The position numbers and the translations under genes are program-made. Below the pieces are notes generated by a model. That model saw only the letters and a list, made by a program, of their open reading frames with translations, was not told the origin of the DNA and searched no databases. A DNA stretch of 64,000 nt, taken from assembly GCF_009834535.1 (NCBI RefSeq), contig NC_045732.1:22506001-22570000 (forward strand), written 5' to 3'. Within the stretch, counting starts at the first letter, position 1. Every line of letters starts with the position of its first letter. The stretch is from Camelus ferus. Lineage: Eukaryota. Of this stretch, positions 37,149 through 51,239 are shown one piece after another.

Positions 37149-37779
37149 CACAAAAGATTTTCAAAAATTTTTTAAAGAAGGAAAGTCAAAGTCCTTCCAT
37201 CCTTTACCATCTCACCCCACAGTCCGCACGAAGAGGCAGCCATGCGTTACTACTTCTGCTTCAGTCTTCTGGGTGATGTTATTCACGTCCTGTTCTGTAG
37301 CTTTAATGAACTCCTCTGTACTTTGCCTATAGGCTCTTTTTAAAAAGCTGAACATCGACTGTGTTGGTAACATAACTAGGGAAATACTGCTCACTGTGGA
37401 GCGGCCGCAGGGGTGTGCCGGGATGACGTTTCCTTCCCTGTGAGACCAATGTGTCGTGATTCATGTGTCACTGGAAGGAGAATCCTTAAGGCAAAACGGA
37501 TTCACTTTATCCACCTCCAACTGCTCAAAATCATGCTACCCTTTTTAGGTTGCCAAATATTTGGACCGTGTCTTTCTTACACAGTTTTATGTATTTCCTG
37601 GAGTTTCTAACTACCTTGCCTCTCAGGGAACTGGACAGAGAAGTATGCGTCCCTCACTGCAGCACTAAGATCTTCCAGCCTCTTTTCTGCCGCGTGGGGT
37701 CCATTCCATTCTTCAAGATGTTTCAATTAGAATCGATTGCTTGCCAAACATGCTGCACAGCCATCACCCTCAAATTGCT

Positions 37780-38080
37780 TTTGATTGAAGATCTAATGTT
37801 TTTCACTATTTCTTATATCTACATTATATACACTATCAAGTCAGCCAGGTAACTCATGTCAGAAGGGTGTGCATGGTAGATACATTTCTCAATCCTCATA
37901 CCTCTGATTCATTTGATTGGAGGTTTAGCTAGGGACAGAATTCTAGGTTCAAAACCATTTTTCCCCCAGCATTTAGAATGGTAGGGGGCGGTGTCTTCTG
38001 ACCATGACAGCACGGCTGAGAACTTTAATGCCAGGGAGGTTTTCATTCATGTTGCTGGTTTTCACCCGAGGTCTGATACA
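37780..38080 (-). mobile_element. Old L1/HAL1 ORF1 fragment, antisense
   Basis: agaattctaggttcaaaaccatttttcccccagcatttaga...gctgagaactttaatgcca. Confidence 0.5.
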
Positions 38081-39342
38081 CCTTGCTTGGAACATTCTTG
38101 TTGAAGAATGAGGAACTGGATTATTCATTTGAGGGAGTTGGTGGTCACTTCCCCCTGGGGCCCTCCCCCAGGAAGGCTGGCTTGGAGTTCTGTGTACCTG
38201 GTCAAGACTTTCCACTGGCTTTAGGCTGGACAGAAAGCAAGCTGGACCCTGACCAGAGGGTCTCCCAAATGCCTGAGTGAAGAGGGCTTAACTTTGGGAT
38301 AGCGACGCTCACGCCAACAGCCCTAGTTTTTCCCAGGTTGGTCCCAAAGAAACTCCTTTGATTTTGACCTTTGCCTACACGTGGCTGTCTGCAGGCAGAC
38401 CAGAGTCCAGCCGCACCCCATCACCCATCCTTACTTCACCTCAGACCAGCTTTGAATTATCCGCCATCTTTTGACTTCTCGATCCAGCCCTGTGCACCCC
38501 CTGGCTCTGTTTCCAGAGTCCCTCCAGGGTAATCTGGTACCACTGCTGCTGCGGCCTCCTCCTCCATGGCTTCTTCTGCTCTGTCCCACTGACTAGCGTG
38601 CTTCTATCTGGTTAGTCTTTGGCAGGAGGTGGGATCAGTGGCACACTGACGAGCACCCCTGCTCCCTTGCTGTTTTTCTCCCGCATTCCTTTGTTCTCCT
38701 GTTAACGGGGCCCTAGGAGCATGCTGAATGCTCAGTCTACCTTGTACCAGAAGGCATGATTAGTTATATAAACAGCCTTCTGAATTCAACCTTTTTTTCA
38801 CTACAAATCTCAGGGAAATTAGAATACCTTTGATAGTTTTGTTTTGTTTGTTTGCTATTCAGTTCAACCAGTATTCTCTAAGAGCCATCTGAAGGCTTGC
38901 TCAACTACTTGTACTTTACTTTGAGAACATTATCGTTTAGAGCTCTTCCCTTCCATTAGAGGCCATGTCAGTGTTTCTGTCCATGACTCTTCCCTACTCC
39001 TGGGTCCAGTGGCTTTTATGCAGTAGACCCTTAATAGATGCTTGCTGGCTTTCTAAAACAAAACTTAAATGGAACACGACTTTTTCCATCTAAGGGCACA
39101 TTTTTAAAAGTCAATGGAAAAAATGGTCCAGGCTTTTTGTGCTCAAGACTCAAGAAATAATGAAGTCTATCTGCATAATCATTGCTCCAAATACCATTAG
39201 CTGAAATGACATTTAACAAATGCCAACAGAACTCTATATAGGCTATAAAGAATTTTATTTTCAGATAGTTCTATAAAGAGTGGGGAAAAAAACCTGGAAG
39301 CTAAGCAGAAAAAATTCTTTTAAGAGAAATGGAAGAGAAACT

Positions 39343-39483
39343 CAACCTGCAGTTGGTTGAATCCGCGGATGCAGAGGGCTGACTAAACTCTCCCATTTTA
39401 TTTAAGGGGCTTGAGCATCAACAAATTTTGGTATACGTGGGGGGTCCTGGAACCAATCCCCTGCAGATACCGAGGGAGGGCTG
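39343..39483. mobile_element. Tigger-family MITE fragment (MER2-like)
   Basis: ggttgaatccgcggatgc...gggggtcctggaaccaatcccctgcagataccgagggagggctg followed by TA. Confidence 0.8.
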
Positions 39484-39504
39484 TATACTAACAGGAATTT
39501 AACC

Positions 39505-39650
39505 CATTTGGGCTTCCATCATTCCATTTCTGAAATGGGCACAGTACATATCTCACTGGGTTAATATAAGGATTAAATGAGACAATAGTGATAAACTAGT
39601 TTACACAGAGCCTGCCACACAGTAAGCAGTCAATAAATATTAGCTATTAC
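39505..39650 (+). mobile_element. MIR SINE 3' half
   Basis: aaggattaaatgagacaat...gcctgccacacagtaagcagtcaataaatattagctatta. Confidence 0.75.
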
Positions 39651-40039
39651 CACAACTGAAAAATTAATTTCTACAGTGTTAACAGAGCTACTAGTAACGA
39701 TTTTTCGATTCTTGTGTAGAACCACTTGACTGACAATATCCACAAAAGTATCCAATATGGGGAAACCAGAGGTCAAAGATCCCAGGATAGACACATACTT
39801 TTCTAAGAACCCTCTTAGAACAAAATATACATGGCATGAATTGAAATTTTTACATTTCCCACCAAACCTAGAACTATGAATCAACCACTCGACAGGAAAA
39901 ACTAATCTAGAAATGGTGAAGAAATGTAAGTGGTAAGCATAAGTCTTATCTTTCCCAAGTCAACCCTGACTTCTGGTAGCCATCCTTTATTAGATTTCTA
40001 GTCTGTGTCTGGTGTTATATCTGCAGCCCCAGAAACACG

Positions 40040-40125
40040 ACCTTTCCATCACCTCACAAGGTGAGCTTACAGATGAGGAAGCTGAGTGTCAGAGGTGAAG
40101 TGACTTGTCTCCTAAGTGTCAGAAT
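40040..40125 (-). mobile_element. MIR core fragment
   Basis: ttacagatgaggaagctgagtgtcagaggtgaagtgacttgtc. Confidence 0.7.
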
Positions 40126-41307
40126 CCAGATTGCCACTGCCTGGCTGGCTACCGAGTTCACATATTTCCCCTAAGTCACGCTGCCTTATCACACGGATGC
40201 AAAAAGGTAAGGTGCAACTGCTGACTGGCTTAATGCTTTGGCAACTTATTTCTCAAGAAAATGAGGATGTTAAAATGATGGTGGAATGGCTACCTGTCTT
40301 TGGAGAAACCCACATCGGTTGCCGCAGGTAGCTAATCAGAAATATAAGAAATCTGATATAAGGTAAATAAAATTCTGTGATTTTTAATTGTGTTCCAGAA
40401 AAGACAATAAAGGAAGCGCACTCTAGCTAGCCCCCAATATTGAGAATTCTAGTGGTGACTGGTAAATACTGATGGTGTTTGCACAGTGCGTTCTACATAA
40501 TCCTAGTTACTACTTTCTCAGGGGGTCTCCGTTGGGAAAGAAAAAAATAAAAAATTCAGAAAAAGAGATAACATGTCAAACTAACAGAACTTAAATTCCC
40601 AAGTAGCAACAAAGTCTTCTTTTGGGTTGAAGGCGGCCTCACTCCTCTGAAGTGCTGAGCAGAGGGCAGTGAGAGCTATCACTGACTACTGTTAAAGACT
40701 GGGGAACAGAAGCACCCTGAACGGGGATGCTATGCTGGTTCGCACAGGCTCTGAAAATGAATCCACTGAATCTGGCTCTGTCTTGTTACAAAGCCACAGC
40801 ATCTGCTTAAAATGTTCAGGACCAGCCTCTGACCTATCTCTCACACGGAGCTTGTTAGAGTGCATGTGCAGTCCCTAACTGTGCTCGCAAAGAGCTTTGG
40901 CAGTCAAGAAACAGGAAGTATAAATCATAAATACACCACCCAAGCAACAGGAAACTAGAGGCGACCTGTAACCACCAGTATTCACTTCTCTTAGTGATGG
41001 GGAAAGGGCCCCCAAAATCATGCATGAGACAGTGCCAAAAATAGGTGGAAAATTTCTCCCCTGGGGGGGTGCACTGCCCAGAGTGACAGCCTCACTGGGA
41101 AGGACTGTGCTGACCCAGCTGGCACCCAGGAATCAGCAAGGACAGGCTCACTGCTCTGCCTTCAGAGTGAATGAGGCTGCCATTGAAGCAAAAGAGAAGC
41201 TGACCACTACTGGTGAGTTGAGCTCCGTATTTGACAAATAGAAATCTGGACAGTGAGGTCAGGCTCCATCTAGCCATTAGGAAGAAAGAGAATATTAAGA
41301 TGTTTCT

Positions 41308-41440
41308 GGGGGAGGGTATAGCTCAAGTGGTAGAGCACATGCTTAGTATGCATGAGGTCCTGGGTTCGATCCCCAGTACCTTCTCTAAAAAAAAATAAAT
41401 AAGTAAACCTAATTACCTCCCCCCTACCAAAAAAAAAAAA
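41308..41440 (+). mobile_element. Camelid tRNA-derived SINE (Vic-1-like)
   Basis: gggggagggtatagctcaagtggtagag (A box) ... gggttcgatccc (B box), aataaataagtaaacctaattacctcccccc, polyA; TSD aagatgtttc/aagatgcttc. Confidence 0.9.
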
Positions 41441-41824
41441 AAGATGCTTCACTCAGGAATACATAAACAAAATCCACTTGTGCTGGTGGTGTATTTATTC
41501 AAAATACAACTCTTCTCAGAGAACCTAGTGGACTTTGACAGCAGCTTTGGTTCCACACCTCCTAGTAGAATGTAAGGGCAATTGTCCTATAACAGCAGCC
41601 TGAAGTCTTCATGCTTTGATCTCATTATAAGAGAAATATATTTTTGGAATATTTTTGAGAGGGAATGTGGTTTATGTTTAATTATAAGTTCCCATATAGT
41701 AAGACTCAGTCATTCTACTTCTAAGAATCTAACCTACAAAAATACTTCCACACGTCCACAGATTTTCCCTCCCTTCAAACACACACACCCACACCCTTCA
41801 TTCCTCATTATATGGAATATGGGA

Positions 41825-42063
41825 AAATTAGATTGGGAGTTTGGGATTAACAGATACACAGTACTATATATAAAATAGATAAGCAACAAGAACCTACTGT
41901 ATAGCACAGGGAACTATATTCAATTTCTTGTAACGAGCTGTAATGGAAAAGAATCTAAAAATATATATGTATGTATATGTATAACTGAATCACTTTGTTG
42001 TACACCTGAAACTAACATTGTAAATTGACTACATTTCAATAAAAAATAAGAATTAAAAAAAAG
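41825..42063 (+). mobile_element. Younger cetartiodactyl-type L1 3' end inside an older L1ME
   Basis: gggagtttgggattaacagatacac...ctactgtatagcacagggaactatattcaat...ctgaatcactttgttgtacacctgaaactaaca, A-rich tail. Confidence 0.85.
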
Positions 42064-42439
42064 AAATCCTAAATGTCCACTCAATGGGAAATTATTAAAT
42101 AAATAATCTCTAAATGACAATAATACATGCAAAGATCTTTAAGGTGAAGTGAAATACACAAGTAAAAGAACACAAATGGTTTCAACCCCAATTATGTAAA
42201 AACCAAAACTCTGTACGGGAGAGAGTAGTGGGGACGTTCCCTTTTACTCTGCATTTATGTTTGTAGTTTTACAAGAAGCATGTCTCTTTCGTAGCTTATG
42301 AATAAAAAAAGTAACATGTAAATAATAGTTTCATACTATTAACATAAAAATCAGCTAAAACCCCACTATCCAGAGAGCTGTTGTTTGTATTTTGGTGGGA
42401 TAAACCTTTCAATATATTTTCCAATGAACTTGCACTATT

Positions 42440-42950
42440 ACAAAATGTTATGGCCTGTGTTTAAAAAAAAAAATTCAACTTTTCCCATACATTAAATATT
42501 CCTTAAAGCATTACTTTGAATGGCTGCGTAGTATTCTACCTTATAGGTGTACCACAGTTTATTTAAATAATTGTCTACTATGGAAAGCTTGGATTGTTTT
42601 CTTATTTTTCTCTATAAGAAAACCACTGTGATTGTCATTCTTATGTGCATCTGTGCACATCTCTATTTTCTTATAATTTTTTGAGAAAGAATATTGTTAG
42701 CCTTTTGTTTTTAGAAAGGCTCTACCAATTTAAACTTACACCAGAAATGTATACGTGTTGGTGAGAGAACATTTTTTCTGGGGACCAATTCAAAGCATTA
42801 AAATGTTTTTTTAATCATTGCCATTTTGAAAGACAAACATGGCATTTCTCTGTGCTTTCCTTTGTACTTTGATTAGCAAAGCTTAACACTTTTCCATGTG
42901 TTTACTGACTGCACTAGTTATTTTGAGAACTGCTTATTTCTATCTTTGAC
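42440..42950 (-). mobile_element. L1ME-like fragment, antisense
   Basis: aatggctgcgtagtattctacc...gtaccacagtttattt...aaggctctaccaatttaaacttacacca. Confidence 0.6.
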
Positions 42951-43169
42951 CAGCTTCTACCTTGATCACTTTTGTTTCAAGAACTTGGGAGTTCTAATAA
43001 CACAGTCCTGTACAAAAATTCATTGACCAAAGATAAAGAAAAGGTTTCAAAAAGACACAAAAGATGAAAAAGCAGCATAATTTGAACATCTCACTGAAAT
43101 ATAGCTCAGGTATAATCAGTTTTTTAGCCAGCTTCTTTGTATTTAAGGTTAAAATTATTTTTCGTTTAC

Positions 43170-43247
43170 CATTGAATTCTTCAACTTCCAGCTCTGGAGC
43201 AACCAGGTAATACTGTTCACACAGCATCTTGGCAGTTTCATACGCAT
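43170..43247 (-). CDS. PDK3: PDK3 exon 6
   Basis: 78 nt with AG/GT ends; (D)AYETAKMLCEQYYLVAPELEVEEFN. Confidence 0.97.
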
Positions 43248-44124
43248 CTGCAAAGAGAGGAAAGAGTTTAGCTGGTGCACTGATAGCATGGACTCAGAGA
43301 GAGGGAGAGAGATTTAACAGAATAAACAAACAAGGACAACTTGTAACCTGACAGACTGAGAATTAATCAACTACTGCCTTAAAAAATAGCCTTTTTCACC
43401 TATAAAAGAATTACCCTAACTGAACCAAAATCTCTTTCTTTAGTTTTAATGACCACAACAATATCAAAATGCTGCACTAATAATGATACAGCCAGCTCTA
43501 TACTAAACATGTCTTTGTTTAACTTTCAAATCTTTCCTGAAAGGCATTTTTCATGAATATCTATAAACTCAAGACTATACTTCTGAATAGCATGCAACCT
43601 GACTAAACTACTAAAAAGGTATTTGTTGTAATTTCAAAAATAATAATGCTGACAGTCTTAAGATCTGCCAATTACTTATAAATGAAACAGCAACAAGTAT
43701 TGGCTGAATAAATGAGTTTCCAGGAGCCACACAATATGTTACTGGAGACATTACTCTTGTTTAGAAATCTCCTTTAGGTTAGTTAAAGGGAACGGGTTGG
43801 GGCTGTTATTTACCAAAGTCTGAGGAGCAACAGTTTGCTTTTGCAAGGGAAAAAACCGACAAAGGGTAAGACCAAGGCCACTACAGAGGCAGATAGAAAA
43901 CAGAATTCAGGAAGTTACATCCAAAGGATGGGGAGCAAATTTAGAAAGCTAAGTGCTTTATTTTTTACTGCGTGTGTGCCTTGTCTCTTGAGTTGCAAGC
44001 AATCTGAGGTCAGGGTTTGTGGCTTACACTTGTTTGGTAACTCACAGAGAACTCATTCTATGCCTGTTAGATGGTCAATAAATACTCCTTGGTTTGATAC
44101 ATCTTAAACCTTTTGATAATTTAC

Positions 44125-44770
44125 TTTTAAAAATAGCTTTATTGAGATATAATTCTTATACAAGTCATCCATTTAAAATGCACGTACAATTCAATGATTT
44201 TTAGTGTATTAGCAGAGTGGTGCATTCATCACCAAAATTAAGTTTACATTTTCATCACCTTCAAAAAGAAACTCCATAACCATTAACAGTCATTACTTCT
44301 CGTCCAGCTGGAGGCAAGCACCGATTTGCTCTGTGTTTATAATTTTGCTATTCTGGACATTTCATATAAATGGAATCATACGATATGTGGCCTTTTATGT
44401 CTGTTTCTTTTACTTAGCGTGCTTTCGAGGGTNNNNNNNNNNNNNNNNNNNNNNNNNNNNNNNNNNNNNNNNNNNNNNNNNNNNNNNNNNNNNNNNNNNN
44501 NNNNNNNNNNNNNNNNNNNNNNNNNNNNNNNNNNNNNNNNNNNNNNNNNNNNNNNNNNNNNNNNNNNNNNNNNNNNNNNNNNNNNNNNNNTATTCACATT
44601 GCTATGAACATTCACTCCCACGCTTTTGTGTGTGTGTGTGAAGATACGTTTTCATTTCTTTCGGGTATATACCTAGGAGAGAAAATTGCTTGATCATATG
44701 GTAGCTGTATGTTTAAACGTTTGAAGAACAGCCAGACTGTCTTCCAAAGCAAGACGTTTTTTTCATTTCC
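44125..44770 (-). mobile_element. L1MB-like element, antisense, containing a gap (44433-44590)
   Basis: aaatagctttattgagatataattc...aaatggaatcatacgatatgtggcc...gggtatatacctaggagagaaaattgct. Confidence 0.85.
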
Positions 44771-44939
44771 ACCTTTACAATTTCTAAAGCTCAGACATTC
44801 AAATTAGTTTAAAATGCTTCGTGGTCACATTTGCAATGTCCTCAACTGGATACCAGCTCTCTGGAGACAGGCTAGTACTCCTTCCAGATTCCCCACATCA
44901 ATACTTGAATTTAAGATTCAAGAGGTAAGAGATGGGAAG

Positions 44940-45115
44940 GAAGGAAGGAAGGAAGGGGGGAAAAAATAACCCTGATGGAATTTAAGTATGTTAAAATTTG
45001 ACATTATCAACCTTAAAAAAAAGTAAGAGAAAGAGAGGAGGAAGGAAAGAAAAAAAGGGGGGAAAATAAGCCATATAGAATTTAAATATATTACAATTTG
45101 ACAATGTCAACCTGA
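44940..45115. repeat. Degenerate tandem duplication, period 100 nt
   Basis: gaatttaagtatgttaaaatttgacattatcaacct recurs 100 nt later as gaatttaaatatattacaatttgacaatgtcaacct; each copy follows a GGAA/purine run. Confidence 0.75.
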
Positions 45116-45995
45116 AATGATACAAAGATAAGATTAGGATATGTTCAGACTATAAGCTGTGGTTCCTACTGCTACCAAATTGAAATTTTATATAATATTT
45201 GACCTCAGAGTAAATATTCTTATTTTATTAAACTTTTAGAATTAAACCACTATAAAGAACCACTGTTAGAGACATCAGATTATGTCAGATGAAATAATGA
45301 GGGATAGGCAATGGAAATGTTAGCAAGAGGAGAAAAAAATTTTAAAGGAGTTGATCAGTGTGAAAATAGACATTAAAGTAGGACTGAATTTAAACCCTAA
45401 CAAAGACAATCAAAACTCAGATTTATATGAAATTCACAAGTTTTTTCCTAGGGTATAATAAAACTCACCAAATATCTCTTAAGTACTTTTATAAGAAGAA
45501 AAGAAATCAAGACTCACTCTCTGCTGTGGCTACACCACCAAACAATGCTACATCTCCACCTAGTGACACGACAGCACAAAGCCGGTCAACTTCCAACACT
45601 CAAACCAACAAACACTGACATCTAAAGACGATGCTTCATTATCCATATACAACGCCAACGCACCTCCACAAAACAACTTCTACAAATATGCAACACCTTT
45701 AAAGATGTTTAAACTGCTCTTCCATTCACTATAAAACAGGAAAAGAACCCAACCCCCTGAAATGGGCTAGTTCCTCATGGCATCAGCTTGCCCAATAGTA
45801 TGAGATTATGACAGCATTATTAAGAAAAAGTATGACACAAATGTAACATGTGGAAGATTAGGTAGAGTCCAGATAGACACAGCCAACTTGAAACTAAAAG
45901 CCCCAGCATAGTTCCTAAACCACATGTGACTAAGAATTTTTTAGGCATTACTACAAATTATAGTGATTCAATGCTGTCATTAAGAACTTCATTAT

Positions 45996-46090
45996 GGGGG
46001 GAGGGTATAGCTCAGTGGTAGATCGTATACATAGAATGCACGAGGTCCTGGGTTTAATGCCCACTGCCTCCACTAAAAAAAAGAAAAAGA
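45996..46090 (+). mobile_element. Camelid tRNA-derived SINE (short Vic-1-like copy)
   Basis: ggggggagggtatagctcagtggtag...gaggtcctgggtttaatgccc, A tail; imperfect TSD aagaacttcattat/aagaaattgcattat. Confidence 0.85.
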
Positions 46091-49000
46091 AATTGCATTA
46101 TGATCCTTGAAAAACTCAAGACAAGACAATGAGACTTAAGCCAGCCAAAAGTATTTTGGGGGCAGTAATGGTTAAATCTATATTCATATGCATTTTAATA
46201 AGTTCCCATGGCACATAATAACGCCTTGGACACAATACACATCTAGTAAGCATCTGTTAAATGGAACAATCCTGCCCTGGAGAAAATTCTCCAGGTTCAA
46301 TCAACTATACCAATAAGAGATGTTCTCTTCGGTCAGACTGGGAACTAGTGGCCTAGAGTGGTTCCCAAAACTGTGTGTGTGTAGAATTCATTGCCAAGTT
46401 AAAAAAAAAAAAGAGAGAGAGAGAAAGTAGATTGGGTAACCACTGGCCTAGAAAGTCAAGTCTGGGACACACTAATTCTGTCACTGTTGCTCCCAGGACA
46501 TGAATGATCATGGGGTCCTGGAGTGTATGAGAGCACATACCTATTCAAATAGGACAGTTCTATTTAAGTAAAGGAACATAAAAATGAAAAAGCTTTTCAA
46601 AATCATCAACATGACAACCAAACTTCAACACTGGCTTAAAAATTCATCTCTTTTATATCTAGAGTAAAATGTAAGTCCTACTAATAATAAGCTTTCTAAA
46701 TAAGACTCTTCTAGTTTTTAAACAGAAACCAAAATTTTAAAACACGATAATTTATCAAATTACTTTTATCTGCAATATATTGGTGCCACTATTTACCACT
46801 AATCTTTAAAAGGAAATATTAGGAAATGATTGTTACTGCCACTGAACACAAGTGATTTTAACCTGTTTTCAAGGGAAATAAGGTATTGATGATAAAGTAA
46901 CTAATAAAACTGTGGGTGTAGCGTATCTTTACTCCCCCAGGTTAGAATATCCAAATGGTAAACACACAAGACTAAAACTAAAAAAGGCCAAGCCATAAAG
47001 AGTAGAGTGAAGGTTCACATAGCAACCAGCCCCAGAGATCCACCATAGCCAGGAATCAGTTTTAAGGAAAAGCACACAGGAAAATTTAATAGCATATGGA
47101 TGTTATTTTTATGAGCTGTTTTTCTTAGAGGATCTTCCTATTCAAAATTCACCACAGGCCTCTGCTATCAAATATTAGCCTCTATCACAAATACAGGCCG
47201 TTATTTGCTTATATGTATGTTATAAGAGGCTGGACAAGGATGAGTTTGACTGAGTGCTGAAAAAACAAACATGAAGATGCCACAGTCCCTAACTTGGGTC
47301 TAACAGGATACAGAAAACCATCAAGCTCAAGTTTAAGAAGCACTGCCCCAGCATGGTAAATGTAAACGACCGCAAAGCGTTAGGAAGTCACAGATAAGCT
47401 GCTTCTTGAAAACGCTTTTAAATTACAATGCAATTCTAATAAGGTCAGTCTCTCATCATCCTTCTACCCAAAACGCATTCTGAGTGGGAAGCCCAGGGGC
47501 TTTCTTACCACTAGACCCTCTCCTACCCGCCCCAAAGCACAGCCAACTGGAAAAGTGAGGCAGAACATCTACTGCAACGGCAACCAACCTACAGGCTGAC
47601 CGGAATCCTAAAACCTGTGGTCGTGGGCAAAAAAGCCAATTAAATTCATCTTTTGAGAATTCAGGATCGAGACACTCAGGCAGGGCAGAAGGCAAAAGGA
47701 TACATTGAAAATTATCACGATCTAGAAGGCCTGGAGTGCCCGTCATTGTCCTAAACAAGCTGCCTCAAAAGTCTGCCAGTCTACAGACAAGAGGGAGGCT
47801 TGACGAACCCACTTAAAGACACACACAGAAAAAACTCCTTGCTTCTGTTTCCCAGTTCCAATTTCTATAGCCCGACTCAAAAGTGCTTCCTGCCCTTGGA
47901 TTACCCTGGGATCTACCAGGTTCTTTTAATAAATCTGTCTTTCAAGCCAGTGAGAACAGGTCTCTGTTACTTGTGACCTGAAGAGCCCAAAGTGAGAGCA
48001 CAAGACATTATTTCTGAACCAGAATAATGACACGCTCTCAGGATACCGCCCGTATGCTATCACACTAAACAATAATAGCATTTAGGAACAACAGAGGTAA
48101 GCTAACATCGCTGTGAGAGCTGACTTCTGTACCAAGTATTTAAGTTTGTACCTTCAAAATGATCTTACCACAGGATTTTCCATTTGATTTCCTGGTTTCT
48201 TACAAAGAAAGGAGGGAAAGGGGTCACGCCAGAAGGCACTTCTCAGAGGATAATAAGAGCTGCTCTACAACACTAATTCTAGCACTCACTACCACGAGGC
48301 TGTAATTTGCAGATGTGTAAAGGTAGATATTAATGTGCTAAATAAGCAGCCAGGAGGCATGCTTCAGTGTTCCACACATTCAATTAACATGATGCAGGAT
48401 GCACCCCACTTTTACACATTTATACAACTGTCTAGTCAAAAATAAAAATATTGTCCCTACCCTTCTACATAAAAGTTCCCTGGAGTCTGTCTCAAGAGAT
48501 CTAAGTATGGAATCACTGTTAGTTCATTGAGGCTTTCCAAGGCTGGAAAACACACATGTGTGCATGCACCGGCAGGCACGGGCTGGACATCTGACTATGC
48601 TTAAGCCATGCAGGATTTGCACAGCTGAGAAAACCAACAGCAGAGCTGTCATTACGACTCAGAACCCCTCCTCCCTCTACATCAAGCTTCCTCAAACAAA
48701 AGGAAGGGGAAAAATACTAGAGACAGAGGCGCCAAGTGAGAAGATTAACTGAGAAATCTCAGAAGGTACAAGGAGAAGGTGAAAAACCAGTGGAAAATAA
48801 CCAACTACTTTAAAAGGAAGGGAGCAGTAAGACGTCACTAAGAGTTGAAGGAAGCTGACATGCGTCTCTTCCTTTCCTTGACAGCACTCGGGAGTATCCG
48901 GAAGAAGAGCTGGTGATGCCTGGGCCCTTTGGGACTCTCTGTTGCCCCTGGGGCATTTGGGGATGGAGACTCTAGCATTTGATAGAAGACATGGAAGAAT

Positions 49001-51239
49001 TTCCAAGCCTTCTGATTGCTGGTGTTCTCTGCCTCGTTTGTTCTTTCTCAGTCTTATTTTGAGCCCCAAAGAGCTTCTGCTTGGGTATCCAGACACTCCA
49101 AGAATTGAGAGTGGGTCCACAGGGAATGAAACAGAAAGTTGACTATTAAAATTTGCTTTAGTCCACAGGGAGGAAAGAGCCCTTTGGGTTTCCTGTTAGG
49201 CTGCTGAGCTAATTTTGCCATGGTAGGAAAGGTAACCGATTTAAGACCAATACCCCAGTGAGGAATAAAGGTTATCTACACCTGGCCGGGAAAACCACTG
49301 AATATAGAGATGAGGAGTACAGCAGATCAGCCAGGAAGGGGTGCATGATGGGCATTAGTGTTGGAGATGGGGAAATAGACAAATCACTATGGATTTCATA
49401 CAAAGAGACTCACGTTACTCACAGTCACATACCAACCTGTAAAGTTGGTATGAATTCAAATGTGTAAAACAATGTTATGTCACTGGGTTATGAAAACAAG
49501 TGATTTTTATTCTCGTCTCTCTTTTCCCACATTTTCTAAATTTTCTTCAATAAGCACTTTTGATTACTTTGATAATATGGCATGAGTACTTTTAACTGAC
49601 CAAACCGGAAATAGGAATTGGATGATTGACAAAAAAGTTGGATAATGGGAAACCATAAAATATGACTACACTTGTAACATTAACTTAAAATACACTTTTA
49701 AATATACAATTTATTCCCCTAGCAATCTTCAAATAAGGCCAAAGCCTCTTCTTTGGATTGGCCTGGGGTTCTAGGTCGTATTTCCTAGATAAACAATACC
49801 ATATACATCTGTGAATTCCAATTCCTATTTCTTTAAGGTAATAAATTTAAAAACACTTGTCAAGCCATCTGAGTGCAGATTCCTTTTAAGAGGTTTACTC
49901 AGTGCTGTCCTGTCACTTAATAGTTGTCTTGTTCACAGTCATTTCATTACATTTTTAAGAGACTTCTATCAAGTCTTTCCAAAGCATTCAAACTTGATTT
50001 TTATGGAAGTAAGTCTCCTTTTTGTACTCCTATTTCTTCAGTTTATATAACATATATGTATAAATTATGTATATTTATACATATACCTGTGGGATAACTT
50101 ATACCAACAGTTTGAGGACAAATGAGTGACCCTTAGTAAGTGGAAGAAGCACCAGAGCATTCAAGAAAGTATGTGCAAGCCAAGTGTCCTCAGTGTGCTG
50201 TGGGCAGGATCCATGATTTGTGAAGGGAATGAAGGTGGCAGAAAAGTCGATGGTGTGGAAGTTGCTTTATGTGTTGATGAACTTCCAGAATCTAAAACCG
50301 CCCTCCACAATTGTTTTACTTAAGGGAAGAGGCTGTTGAGAAGTGAAAAAGATGGTCTGAAAGAAACAGTGGAGAACGAGGAGCATGGTGGTCCTTCCTC
50401 CTTGCCCCATGAGTGTGGGGGTAGGAGTGTGCGCACCGTGTGTGTGTTGGGGGAAGTGACATTCCGAGTGGCAGAGGGGCACAGTGAGTGATTTTCACTG
50501 GGTATGGCTTCGCCAGGGATCCAGGCTGTGCCAGACAAGCTGTAGAAATGATGAAATGAGAGGATGGAGTCAACTTGGTTCACAGTAAATAGCGGTCTCA
50601 CAGGGGCAGGAGAGAGCCTGAAGATACAGCTGCGAGTGAGCACAGGAAGAGGGAGTGGACAGGGGGATCTGGCCCAGTGTCAAAACCGTGACTACAAAGA
50701 CCAAAGAGAGCAGGAGGCCATGAGGTTGGCATAAACTGCAGGCATAAACTTGTAGTTTCTTTCTTTCTAATGTTGATCCAACTGCTTTGCACATTATCTT
50801 CAGCTAGTGTCTGGTTCAGAACTTCTGTCCCTGAGAGGAGTGATGCAAGCGTGGATGGGAGTAATTTCAGCCCTTTAGGAATTTACACCCCAGGTAGAGA
50901 GACCCACAGAAGTAGGAATAACACCAAGACGAGGCAGGATGTAGTAAGGTTAGTAAGAGCAGTCCTGACAGTCAGTGCTGCAAACGACGAATTCTGCTCA
51001 CCTGCAGAGTTGGGCTGCGGCCGGTTCCCCTCATCATCTGACTCGCTATCGTGCTGCTTCACCCCTCTGCTCTCCAGGAGCACTGACAACTGCCTGCCAA
51101 TCCCCATTACTTATCTGGTGGTACTGACTCAGGGTTAAAATCTCTCTAAAACTTAGGGAAAGACATTTTTGGTGAAGAAACAGTGAGATGATAAAAAGGA
51201 CTATGTTTTTACAACTTTATTCTGCAGAATGGCGGGCGG

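Noticed and set aside
41308-41380. tRNA gene (also at 45996, 51550 and 53590)
   Set aside because: A and B boxes are present, but the sequences run into SINE tails with polyA and TSDs and lack a clean acceptor stem; they are tRNA-derived SINEs.
48500-48760. ORF with an L1 ORF1-like peptide (YIKLPQTKGRGKILE)
   Set aside because: At most a highly decayed L1 ORF1 remnant; too short to delimit and not a gene.
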